NCBI RefSeq assembly: GCF_009914755.1
Contig: NC_060940.1
DNA length: 64,000 nt
Strand: one strand, 5' to 3'
Origin: the human T2T-CHM13v2.0 reference genome, Homo sapiens
The translations under genes were made by a program, and so were the position numbers. Every line of letters starts with the position of its first letter. The first letter of the stretch is position 1. The notes under the pieces were generated by a model that had not been told where the DNA came from, ran no database searches, and was given only the letters and a program-made list of their open reading frames with translations. Of this stretch, positions 23,966-36,544 are shown in pieces.

Positions 23966-24240
23966 TGCCAGGTTCAGTTGCTGGTTTCATCCCAGCACTT
24001 TGAGAATCTGAGGCTATAGTATTCCTTGAGGCCAGGAATTTTTGACCAGCCTAAATGACCTAGCAAGACCCTGGTTGTACAAAGAACTTAAAAAATTATT
24101 CAGATGTGATGGTGTGTTTTTGTAGTCATAGCCACTTGGGGAAGTGAGGTAGGGTGACTGCTTTAGGCCAGGAATTCGAGGTTCCAGTGAGCTATGATTG
24201 TACTCTGGCCTGGTGACAGTGCAAGACCTTGTCTATAAGA
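23966..24240 (+). mobile_element. AluJ-like SINE
   Basis: Diverged dimer (tcccagcactttgagaatctgagg...gtgagctatgattg...gcaagaccttgtct). Confidence 0.8.
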
Positions 24241-25143
24241 CAAAGATAGATATTTTAAATTATTTTAAAATTAGTTAATAGATTTCTACTTCTCTAGCTT
24301 CACTTGGATATTAATATGTTAGTTAATAGATTTCTGCTTCTTTAGATTCACTTTCATTTTGGTCCCTTTATTGAGCCATGTGTTTTGGTTACTTTGATGT
24401 CTTGTGATTTTGTTGATATTTTGATCAAGTAAGAGACAGCTACCTATTCCATCTATTATGGAATGAATTTGTACATGTGAAAACTGATACCCATCAGGTA
24501 CTCTAGTCATTCTGGGAGATTCTTCATACTGTTGTCAGGATGTTTCTTCTCTGGACTACTGTGTGTATTTTCCTATTAAAAAGGTTTGCTTTTTTCTTTT
24601 TCTCTTAGGAGCCTTTAATCTCCCCCTTTGTTGAGTGTCATAGGCACTACTGTCTCTCTGTTCTTGTAACAAGCATTCATGTTTGTTCTCAGTTGACCCG
24701 ACATATCATTTCAACTATATCACCATTTTCTTCAGCACCACATATTAAAGGAAGCAATGGCCAGTCTTTAGATAGCCCCAGAATAACCCAGAACTTTGGA
24801 CATATGTTTTGCTCCTTTTATTTTTCTTTCCTGAGAGCGAAACAGAATGCGAAAAATTTTTGTGTAACTGCACTGTGCTGTGGTGCACAAATACAACAAA
24901 CTTTCTTCCTTCTATATGTGACCATTCTTGGCTTTGTGTTCACCTAGGTGCTGCAAACTCACCTGGCTTTAGTCACCCTATTACATTTAAGTTCATATAT
25001 CAATTGAGAAAACAAAGGGGCCTCAAGTTTTTGATTCAACTATCATGGTGTTCTCAACGTGATATAATTTGTGTATTAGATTTATAAAGTATTTTCACCT
25101 GAATTTAGTAATTGGAATTTTGAAAACTTTTGGTATCTTTCAG

Positions 25144-25278
25144 ATATCTTTTCTCATGATACTCAAGGCCTCTTAAGAAAGAAGCTTATAGAAGCATCAT
25201 TCCAAAAAGTGATATTGGATGGATATGGGAGCTGTGGCCCTCAGAATTTAAACTTAAGGAAAGAGTGGGAAAGTGAGG
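25144..25278 (+). CDS. ZNF720: Internal coding exon of the KRAB-only protein ZNF720/KRBOX5 (DIFSHDTQGLLRKKLIEASFQKVILDGYGSCGPQNLNLRKEWESEG)
   Basis: Acceptor tatctttcag|AT (phase 1, as expected after a KRAB-B exon); 135-nt open frame; consensus donor GAGG|GTAAGT at 25279. The peptide matches my recollection of the ZNF720 C-terminus. Without splicing the frame runs to TAA at 25662-25664. Confidence 0.85.
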
Positions 25279-25645
25279 GTAAGTGTGAAGGTCACAATGG
25301 ATATTATGATGGACATACAAAATGTAAGACAACTACCTATAACAAAAACCTCACTGTTACAGGAGGTCAAAAACATGAAAAAACTCAATTTATGTCAGTT
25401 GCTTTTTCTAAACCATGTGTTTCTGTAAGTAAGTGTCAACATCAATTTTTGAAACTTACCTTTTCTTTTAAAGGAAATTTGGATAATCCGAATAGTGACT
25501 TAGTCCATGTTTCAAATAATCATTTAAACCAATTAAAATATAGAACTGGAGTAAATGTTCAGTCAAATATTTCTGAAAAGGAGAGATTTAAAAACGAGGA
25601 GGTGATTTCTAAATATGATCAATTTGATGGATCTTTGTTAAAAGT

Positions 25646-27097
25646 TTGTTTCACCAACAAATAACACCTCGTTCTGCCTGTGATCAATATAGAAAGGTCT
25701 TCATTCATTCATCATTGCTTAATCAATGTCAAGGAATAGATAATTTGGGAAAATATCACACACATAATAAAACTTTGACAGCCTTTAGGCAGGACTATAC
25801 CCTAAATAATTACCAGTATATTTGTGTTGCAGAGAAAAATCAGTACAATAAATCTGATACAACATTAAGCCAAGGCATAAGCCCCAGAAGACATCAGAAA
25901 ACTCATTTTCTACATAACCATTGCAAACGTAAAAAATGTGAGAAAGCCTTTCATGAATGCACCAACCATGTCCATCAGAGTATCTTTATTCAAGAGAAGT
26001 CTGCCAAATGTAATAAGTGTATAGAAACTTTTATCCAGTCATCAAAACATACTCAGCCTCAGAGAATCCATATTGGAGAAAAGTCACACAGATGTAATAA
26101 TGGTGAGAAAATCCTTAGTAAATTGTCAAGTCTAAGAAAACATAAGATAATCCATAATGAAGAGAAACCTTACAAATGTAAAGAATGTGACAAAGCCTTT
26201 AACCATCGTTCACACCTTACTCAACATCAAATAATTCATACTGGAGAGAAACCATACAAATGTAAAGAATGTGGCAAAGCCTTCAATTCTAGTTCATATT
26301 TTACTAGACATCAGAGAATTCACACTGGAGAAAAACTTTACAAATGTAAAGCGTGTAGCAAATGTTTTACTCATTCTTCAAATCTTCTTGTGCATCAGAG
26401 AATTCATACTGGAGAGAAACCTTACAAATGTAAAGAATGTGGTAAATCATTTAAAGTGTCTTCAGCCCTTACTCAGCATGAGAGAATTCATACTGGAGAG
26501 AAACCCTATAAATGTAAGGAATGCAGCAAAGCCTTTAACTGTAGGTCGTACCTAACTAAACATCAGAGAATTCATACCGGAGAAAAACTTTACAAATGTA
26601 AATCATGTAGCAAATCTTTTTCTCGTTCCTCAAGTCTTATTGTCCACCAGAGAATTCATACTGGAGAAAAACCCTATAAATGCAAAGAATGTGGCAAAGC
26701 CTTTAATTGTAGTTCACGCCTTACTCAACATCAAAGAATTCATACCGGAGAGAAACCCTACATATGTAAAGAATGTGGCAAAGCCTTTAACTGTAGTTCA
26801 TCCCTTACTAAACATCAGAGAATTCATACTGGAGTAAAACTTTACAAATGTAAAGCATGTAGCAAATCTTTCTCTCATTCCTCATGTCTTTCTGTGCATC
26901 AGATAACTCATACTGGAATGAAACCATATATATGTAAGGATTGTGGCATCTCCTTTAACCGGTCTTCAAACCTTAGACGACATCAGATGATTCATACTGG
27001 AGAGAAACCCTACAAATGTAAAGAATGTGGCAAATTATTTAATCGATGCTCAACCCTTACTCGACATAAAAGTATTCATACTAGAGAATTTCTATAG
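25646..27097 (+). pseudogene. ZNF720: C2H2 zinc-finger array frame-shifted from the KRAB frame: about 6 degenerate plus 11 intact fingers
   Basis: 483-codon open frame. 11 CxxC-x12-HxxxH fingers at exact 84-bp spacing (first Cys codon 26177, last finger starts 27017) with TGEKPY-type linkers. The frame is -1 relative to the exon start, and the first ATG is only in the finger 9/10 linker. Confidence 0.9.
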
Positions 27098-28510
27098 TTG
27101 TAGTAAATGTGAAAAGAGTTTTATCCAAAATTTAGAACTTAAAAATCACCATAGAGTTTATAGGGAAACCGACTTTACAGATTGAATAAATGGGAGGAAG
27201 TATTTAATCAGAACTCAAATCTGAATGTGTCAGGACTTACACAAAAAAGGACTAAAGCACAGATCCCCACTTTAAAATTAAATAAGAGTATTTGTTATGG
27301 AGGATTACTCTAAAGCCAAAGCAGTTACTTATTTTGTTATGTGTTTCAAATGAGCAAAAGCATTGATGTTTGGACAAGTAATTATTCAGTGAGCATGTTA
27401 TTTGTATTGAAAACATTTGAAATTTGTATAAAGCAAATCATAATTTAATTCTCAGATTAGTTGTTATACCTTAATGCCTAGTGTTTATATAAAAACATAT
27501 AGTCTATTTTTTCTGCATCAGAGCTGTAAGAGGTCGTTCTATAGTAGGTGAACATCATTAATATCAACTTATTTTCATGGAAATTTAATGGCAAATGTAA
27601 AATACATGAAGAAAATCTAAAAGAGGCTCTTTGTGTTTGAATCATTAAACAGTAATATGTGTAAACATATAGTACATATTTAGGGCATTAGTATTCTATA
27701 CTAAAGTAAAAGAGGAATATTCTGAATTTATTTATTACATCAATTGCTCCTTAAGTAGAAAAACACTGGTCAGTTATTTAAAATACTGGCATACCTTTAT
27801 AGTACAATGAAGTAGTAATCTTGAATATTATTTGATGTGTTAAAAATAAAAACATCTTCACAGATATCAGAGAAAAGTGAAAACTCATATCTGAAAGATT
27901 ATAAATATACTTTATATCAATTTTCCAGAGAACTTAAACTTCTAATAATATTGGTAATATTCTCATGGTTACTATTTTATATTCTTTCCTGCTTTTTGTA
28001 GCTACTGGTGTACTATGACAGTTATAATAAAGATTATATGGGGGTATACTTAAATGCCATACTTTTAAAATCCTGAATCATTGTTTATAAAGTTTTATTC
28101 AATATTTTTCTTTGCACATGCCCTTTTTCAGTCCAATTGAACACTTAGAGATTTTTCTTTGCTTTCACTTGCATTAAATGGAATATACAGATGTACTAAG
28201 ATAGAAAGAAAAAGGTGAAAGAGAACTATACAGGCAGAAATGCATGTGTGTGTACCTGTCTTCAAATGGAAAAGAAAATGATGGATCACAACAGGAAACT
28301 GGAGAACTGTTGATTTATTACAGTTCTCAAATTAGAAACCTCCCAAATTCTTAAAGCTAAATTAGCTTTTCATTGCACACTGAATTTTTCTCTGATAAAT
28401 CTAATGTCTTCTGGGTTCAGACTTTATCCCGTACAAATCCTTTTTTCTTGCCTGTGATTCATGTGAGAAGAATTATATAATTTTCTTATTTCAAAGCTTA
28501 TAAACTATTA

Positions 28511-28855
<345 letters not shown>

Positions 28856-29173
28856 TTATCTGTCATCTACCTATAGACATAACCCTACTGAGGAGGATGG
28901 GGATAAAAGGTCTGCATCTAAGTCACTTTGAAAAACAGTATTTTGATTGAATGCTGTAAGACTACACAAATGCTGTATTCTACTGAGTAATATTTTATTT
29001 TCCTACAAGGATATGCATTAGCAATTCTGAAACAGTTTTACATGTTATTATATAATATATGGAGGCTGTTTCTCAGTGTAGTTCACAAAAGTTAAATGGT
29101 GAATGCTAGCATGAATCTTGTGGTCCTAGCCCAAAGTTGGAAATATCAGGATGAACCCATGACTAATACATCT

Positions 29174-29220
29174 GGATGGATGGATGGATGAATAGATATA
29201 AAGATAGGTAGGTAGGTAGG

Positions 29221-29273
<53 letters not shown>

Positions 29274-29375
29274 GAAGCGATGTCTAAGATATCTGGAAGG
29301 ATGGATGGATGGATGGATGGATAGTTAGATAGATAGATAGATAGATAGATACATAGATAGACGATTCAGAGATAG
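29174..29375. repeat. Compound tetranucleotide microsatellite (GGAT)n/(AGGT)n/(AGAT)n
   Basis: 13 perfect AGAT units at 29222-29273, plus GGAT and AGGT runs. Confidence 0.97.
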
Positions 29376-29868
29376 ATAATGTTCCAAACTCTTGAGGGCC
29401 AAGAACTGGTGACATCTTGTATCAACACATCTAGGTCTACAATCTTGGTTTCTAAACAACATTCATTAAAAGGACCCAAGGGTTGAAGTTAGAAAATACA
29501 AGTTGAGCTAGAGTATCTTGTAAAGCCACAAAGAAAAAAGTGCTTAATAAAAATGATGGGGACTTTTCAAAGGGAGCCAACCTGAAAGACCTCCCAATGG
29601 TCCAAGCTCCAACAATATGAGCAATAAGTTATGATAGCTTTGGATTATGGCCCACAGAATAAAGTAATACTCATCTCTACTGTGTGAATAAAAGAGATTA
29701 AATAAGGAAAGAAGGAATGAAATCTACAATATTTAAAATACAGATCAATGTAGTTGGATAATGCAAAATAAATCAACACTAGAACATCACAGTAATAATT
29801 ACCATAGGGAAGATTCCCCGAGGAATTCAAAAATTTCAGGAAAAACTTAAACACTAAAGAGTGTATTT

Positions 29869-30172
<304 letters not shown>

Positions 30173-30734
30173 AAAGTGTATTTGCATATTTTAAGTATCT
30201 ACCATCTAATATTTATTAATACAATTTTTTCTTAATTTCTTAGACTTGTGACTATTTGAAACAAATTATAACACTGTATTGTAGGATTTATAATTTGTAG
30301 TTGTAAAATTTATAACACATGGAATAAGAAGATAAATGGAACTGTTCTGTAGCAAATTTTTCATGTTTTATATTTAAGACAGTATAGTATTAACTCTAAA
30401 AGTATGGTGGATATGTTAAAGATTCATATTGTATTCCCTGCAGCAACCACTAAAAAATGCAAAGAAGTGTAATGTAAATGCTAAAAAAGGAGATAATTAT
30501 AAAATATTTATTTGCACAATATTTATGTATCTTTTAGTCATAATAGCCCAAAACAGGAAACAACCAAAATGTCCATTAATAAGAAAATGAACTAATTGTA
30601 TAGCTTTTAGAACAAAATACAGCTCAGGAATATGAAAAACCAAGCACACATCCTGGATAAAATTCATAAACCTGCTCAATGAGAGAAAAGTTGGACACAA
30701 AATTGTACTTTATGTATTTTGTATTTTATTCCAG

Positions 30735-30754
30735 GCAAAATAATCCTATGGTGA
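30735..30754 (+). CDS. ZNF720: Coding part of the terminal exon of ZNF720 (G|GC AAA ATA ATC CTA TGG TGA = GKIILW*)
   Basis: Strong acceptor tttatgtattttgtattttattccag|G. Joining 25278 to 30735 gives ...EWESEGKIILW*, the C-terminus I recall for ZNF720. Confidence 0.8.
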
Positions 30755-31246
30755 AAAAAAATCAACAAGATAATCTCTGCATGAGAAAAAGGACCAAAGA
30801 CAAGTGAATTTTCTGAGGGTGATGAAAGTGTTGCTTCGAAAAGGGGTGAAGTTTATATGGGTCTATTTATTTGTCTAACATGTACAGTTAAGGTTTATGC
30901 CTTGCAATGTATGTACATCTTCACAAAAAAAATCTTAAAAAAATTAAATGGGTGGGGGTAGGGAAAGGGTTGAAGTATAGATGAAGCAGAAGTGGTACAT
31001 GATTAGTAGTTGAAGCTGGGGGCAGGTCTATATATTTTATTTTTATGTCTTTAATAGCATTTGTATAAATGTACAATATTCGTTTACAATGTTAGCTCAG
31101 GATCTTGTTTACCTTTGGACAGGGAGGGAGGGAGAAATTTATTTTCTGGGTAGGAGTAAAGCTGGTTCTATTCCTCAGTTATGTAAATTATCTGTTATAA
31201 TCCAAAAAGCTTTACATGAATGTTTCTGTATGTAATGTGGTATATC

Positions 31247-31260
31247 AATAAAAAATTAAA
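31247..31260 (+). terminator. Probable polyadenylation signals (AATAAA, ATTAAA) of the terminal exon
   Basis: AATAAA at 31247-31252 and ATTAAA at 31255-31260, about 500 nt after the stop codon, preceded by TGTA motifs. Confidence 0.55.
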
Positions 31261-31751
31261 TATTACATATTTGCACCAGAATCCTAACTCACTATCTCAG
31301 AATGTTAGCAGCATTTTCTTTTGTTGTAAAGTGGAACACAATCTCATGGCATTAGCAGATGGGTTTGAATATTCTAAAGTATCAACGTCCTAATCTCATG
31401 GGCACCTCTTGGGTCTTTCCATTTTTGCCTTCATTTGCTAAGTGGCATGCTTTTGATTTTTTGAGATGAAACTTTTTCCCAGCAAAGTCTTTTTCCCACA
31501 GTGATGCTCTGAAAGCCAGGACACCTAGCACAGGACCCTGGGCATAGTATGCACTCAGTACATGTGGAGCATGTTGATCAGGAACAAAAGGAGTAGCAAA
31601 GGTCAGTTCCTGCAAAGGTGAGTAGATAATACAGGTATGACTGAAAGGCTGCAACTCAGGAGTAAACATTTTACATTCATTCAAGAGACAATTTGCAACT
31701 AGTACACCAAAAAATTTTGGCTGAAAGCAGTACTTTGGGGGCTTGGCTAAA

Positions 31752-31902
31752 CTCTGTAATCACCTGGAGAACTTTAAACAATACTGATGTCTGGGCCCCA
31801 CTCCAGGGATTTTGATTTTATTGGTCTGTTGCAGTTTGGGTTTTGGGAATTGTAGGGCCTCCGCATGTGACTGTAATGTGGAGCCAGGGGTGAGACCCAC
31901 TG
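31752..31902. mobile_element. MER5A-like hAT-Charlie DNA transposon relic
   Basis: aatcacctggagaactttaaacaatactgatgtctgggccccactccag...gtgactgtaatgtggagccaggggtgagacccactg. Confidence 0.75.
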
Positions 31903-34900
31903 TTTCAGGGTGAGGGATGCATTAGCTGTGTGTGATTTCCATGTGTGCTGCAAGTATTTGCTCTGTGAACATTCCTGCATTTGGAGTCTTGGAAATTGCA
32001 TAAGGAAGAAGTGTCTCTCTACAGATCTATTTTTTATGTCACTTGCTTTTAGAGTAAGAGGTTATTTCAGGCACAGTAATTTGATTTAATCTGTTTTCAA
32101 ATACTAAATCTGAAAATACTAAAATGAAAAGAATTTGCAAATGTGAGAATTTGCAAACATGTGGAGTGTGTTCTTATGTGCTTTCCAGTTTCTCTGATGA
32201 TAAGAAATGAGTAATGTTGGGCCTTGATTTCCTAAACTCAGCCCTCAGTCACTTTCTCAAATTATTTGAAGACCTTCCAAGTTGCTTCAGAAGCATTGTC
32301 CAAAGGAGATTATTCCCAGTAGTGAAGAATAATAGATGGATGAGAATGTCTAAGGAATCCTACTTCTGTCGCAGAAGTGGCACTCTCCAGAACCTCAAGG
32401 GCCCATGGAGTTCATGGGCTTTGGAGTCAGGCAGAGTTGACCCTGAGTCCCATCCCAGCCTCTTAATAGACTAGTTACTTGACTTGGAACAGTTATGCAA
32501 GACAAAGCACAATGATACTGATTGCAGTAATGGGAACAATTCATTCCTCTCTGTATCCATGCCCTTTGCAATGCATGTTTTTAGCTACTCCCATGGAGGG
32601 AAAGATTCTGTTTTTCCAGTCCTTGGATCTGACTGGCCTTATTTGCTGTGGCCAATTCATACTTACTGTTCTAGTGAAACAATTAGGCATGTTTTGCTCC
32701 TCATTCTAGACTTTAATTAAAATTAAAATTTTATGATATTTTATTTCTACTGTATTTTGCTGTATTCATTCTGCTCAGTATTCTAGTTCACTGGTCCTCT
32801 TATCTCTGTTTAATTTAGTGGTGAACCTATACATTGTCTGGTAACTTAATTTTGTATTTTCGTATTCTATTGGGCTGTCGTTCAAATGTGGCTTTTAAAC
32901 TTCAGTTACTTGTTCTTTCTACAAAAATAAACATTGATTTTCTACTTTTCATTGTATTCATTTAAACATTTTAAATATAATTCCAATGTGCAAAACTGTT
33001 GCATATTTTTTCTTCAGAAATTTCTTCCTTGTTATGTCACTCAGTTTTTCCTTTGGTTCTCACTTTTGGGAGATACCATATTTGAGGTGTCTATAGTCAT
33101 ATTATTTCCAGTGTTTCTTTCATTTTCCCTGGGAACAAGATGAAAAACACACATAGATTTGACATCCTTGTGATGAGTCAGTATCTGAAGGGAGCATTTT
33201 TTTTCTTAGTTTGACTACTCTGGATCATTATCTTGATTTACTTCTGCTCCTGTGAAGTTCTTATATTTTCCTTTAACTCCATTCAGCAACTTAAAGGTTC
33301 TTGTAACTTCTTGAGGATTTTTTTAGTTGTCTATATTAAAATATTTAATAATATATAGCATTTTTCCTAAAAGCACAAATATCCACAGTGTACATGAGTA
33401 AAATATTTCAATAGACATTGTGCAGCATACAGCAGAATCTTATGAGATATCCCGTTTCTTCATTCAGAACATTCCTCTCGAATATACCATGTGGTAATAG
33501 TAATTTGTAAACAGTAGTTTTTTGATACTTAAAATTTTGTTTTTTGCACATTTCCGAAACGATATACTTCATGCCAATGAACAGAACTGATCTAGATACA
33601 GCCAGAATTACTGTTTCTCTATAATATTAAAATAATATTGATAAAATTATGTACCTGAATTCAGGTCTTTTGGCTTTAATCACTCTGCTTCCTTTTTAGC
33701 ATGTTTCTGAATTTACAAAAGAATCTGTTTGGATTTCTACTTGTTCTATAAACTAATTAAAAGAGACAAGGGAAATTTGTGTGTGGCTAGATAGTACTTG
33801 TTGGTTACAATTTATAATTTCTAGTGTCATTTTAGTTGCCTTGAAAATAGTGACCTCTTGAATTTCTGCTATCATAAAATTCATGTCATTGTTAGGCCTA
33901 CACTTTGCCATTCAGTTTTTTTCACCTCTGGTACTAGAATATAATGTGTATCTTCTCTTTACTGGTGAAAAATGCTACACATTTGTCTCTACCTAATTAG
34001 TGAAACTATATTTAGCATGTTTATGTTCATTTAGTTACTGTATACCAAAACATTTTATTTCTGTGATGGTCTTAATTTTACCTAACGGGATTGTAAATGG
34101 CTTAGTTTGTCATTTTTCATGAATTTCTGTATTATACATTTCAGGTATTAAGTCCACGTGTAATTGGCTTAGAATAATCCCTAACACATTGTAGGGGCTA
34201 ATACATACTAACCACTCTGCTTCCTCAAATTTCTATTTGTTCATACCATTCTGCATTTACTAAATTATTTTGTGTATGTTATTCACATTTATTTTTCTGT
34301 CCTCTCTAAATATTTATTAAAAAGAGAAGGTAGGCTAATGTGTCATGTTGATAAAATTCAATGTCAAATGGTATGCTTCATTGTTTTTCGTTAGATATAA
34401 TAGCTTTTTTGACTCAATGAAGTTTTAGTCATATTCTCAACCCTAAAACAGAGGAAGCTTTTCTATAGCTGATTGAAATTTATCATTTAAATTTAAAAAA
34501 TTATGGGTAAAGAATTTTACCCTTTAGCTTATGCTAGTAGTGTTGCAGGGTCTTTACTCATATTCCCCTTTTTGTTTTCTGAGCATATTTTTGAGAGTGG
34601 AATGGACACATTCTACTATGGCCTGCCCTTGGGGGTTATACGGGAGGCCTGTGGAATGTTGGATGTTCCATGTGTGAGAAAATTGTTGAAATTGTGAGCT
34701 GGCATAAGCCAGACCATTATCAGTTTTAATTTTTGTGAGCTGCCCCATAAATGCAAAAGCTAACAGAAGAGGTTTAGTAACATATCGGATGGAGTCTCCA
34801 GGAAGAGCATGTGCGCTAATTAGCTGAGAATTGGTATCAATGGATACAAGTACATATCTTAGTTTTCCACATTCGGGGATGTGTGTAACATCTGTTTGCC

Positions 34901-35965
34901 ATAACTGATTAGGTTCTAGTTTTCTAGGGTTAACACCTGTTGAAGGAGAGGACATGCCTGTGAGCTGGCAATCTGGGCATTGCAGGGTAATATGTTTAGC
35001 TAGTCTTTGAGTAAGTTGAAATTGTTTAGTTAACTTCCTCCAACTTTGGTGGAACAATTGATGTGATTTGGTGGCTTGGTCAAGCAGTGACATCATGACT
35101 TGCAGGTCATGACTGATTATTGCCATAAACCAGTGGGTCAGGCAGTGAGCTGTGGGCTCGAATATGTGTGATAAAAATAGGATGTGTACGTTGATCCAGC
35201 AATTGCTGAAGTCAAAGAAAATGTGCACACAGGGTGGGCTTGAGAGTAGACTTAATGAGGGCTGTTTCAAGGTTCTGCAATAGAGTAAGCAGAGTCAGTA
35301 ACAATATTCATGGGCTGAGCAGAAAAGGTCTCCAGGGCCACTATTATGGCTGCAACCTCAGCTCTCTGAGTGCTAGTAAATCCAGAACGAGTTAGGGAAT
35401 TATATGGTCTCCACCACACAGCCGCTTTTCCATTTTTACCAGAGCTGTCAGTAAAAAGCGTTAAAGTGTTAGTTATGGGGGGAGTGAACTACTTTTGTAG
35501 GCACAATTACTGGAGTATTAGATAAGAATTGAAGTAGTTTGTCAGCAGGAAGGGCATGCTCTATATGACCTGCATAATCAGAGAGTGCTATCTGAAGATC
35601 TAGAGATAGGGGCAATACTCCCTCGAATTGCTTTTTACTCAAAGGAATTCTTATGACATCAGGGTCATAACCTAGCAACTGATTGCGTCATCTATGGCAT
35701 GTATAGATGACTTTACTAACTAGCTGGATATAGGGAGATAGTGTTTTAGTCCCAGTATGTGAGCAAAAAATCCATTCTAGGAAGCATAGCCCTGGAGCTA
35801 TCCTGTTGGGGAATGTTTAGTAGGAAAAACAAACAATTTAACTGAATGTTTTGGGTCTATGCAATCTAGTTGCCTCTGAGAAATAGCTTGCTCTATTTCC
35901 TCAATTTCCCTTTTTGCTGCAGGAGTTAAATACCTGGGAGAGTCTAGGGCTGTATTGCCCTTTAG

Positions 35966-36544
<579 letters not shown>

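Noticed and set aside
25637-25661. G_TTA_AAA at the frameshift as a programmed -1 ribosomal frameshift site (resembles arterivirus G_UUA_AAC)
   Set aside because: The heptamer is imperfect, and the only nearby stem (tttgtt/aacaaa) is weak and immediately adjacent rather than 5-9 nt downstream. A one-base deletion in an A run is simpler. A dual-luciferase assay would settle it.
26177-27079. 84-bp periodic repeats as a CRISPR-like or satellite array
   Set aside because: Fully explained by 28-codon C2H2 fingers.
25646-27097. Stand-alone 483-aa gene as listed in the ORF track
   Set aside because: The start is TTG. The first ATG lies between fingers 9 and 10, so ordinary independent initiation of the array is not supported.
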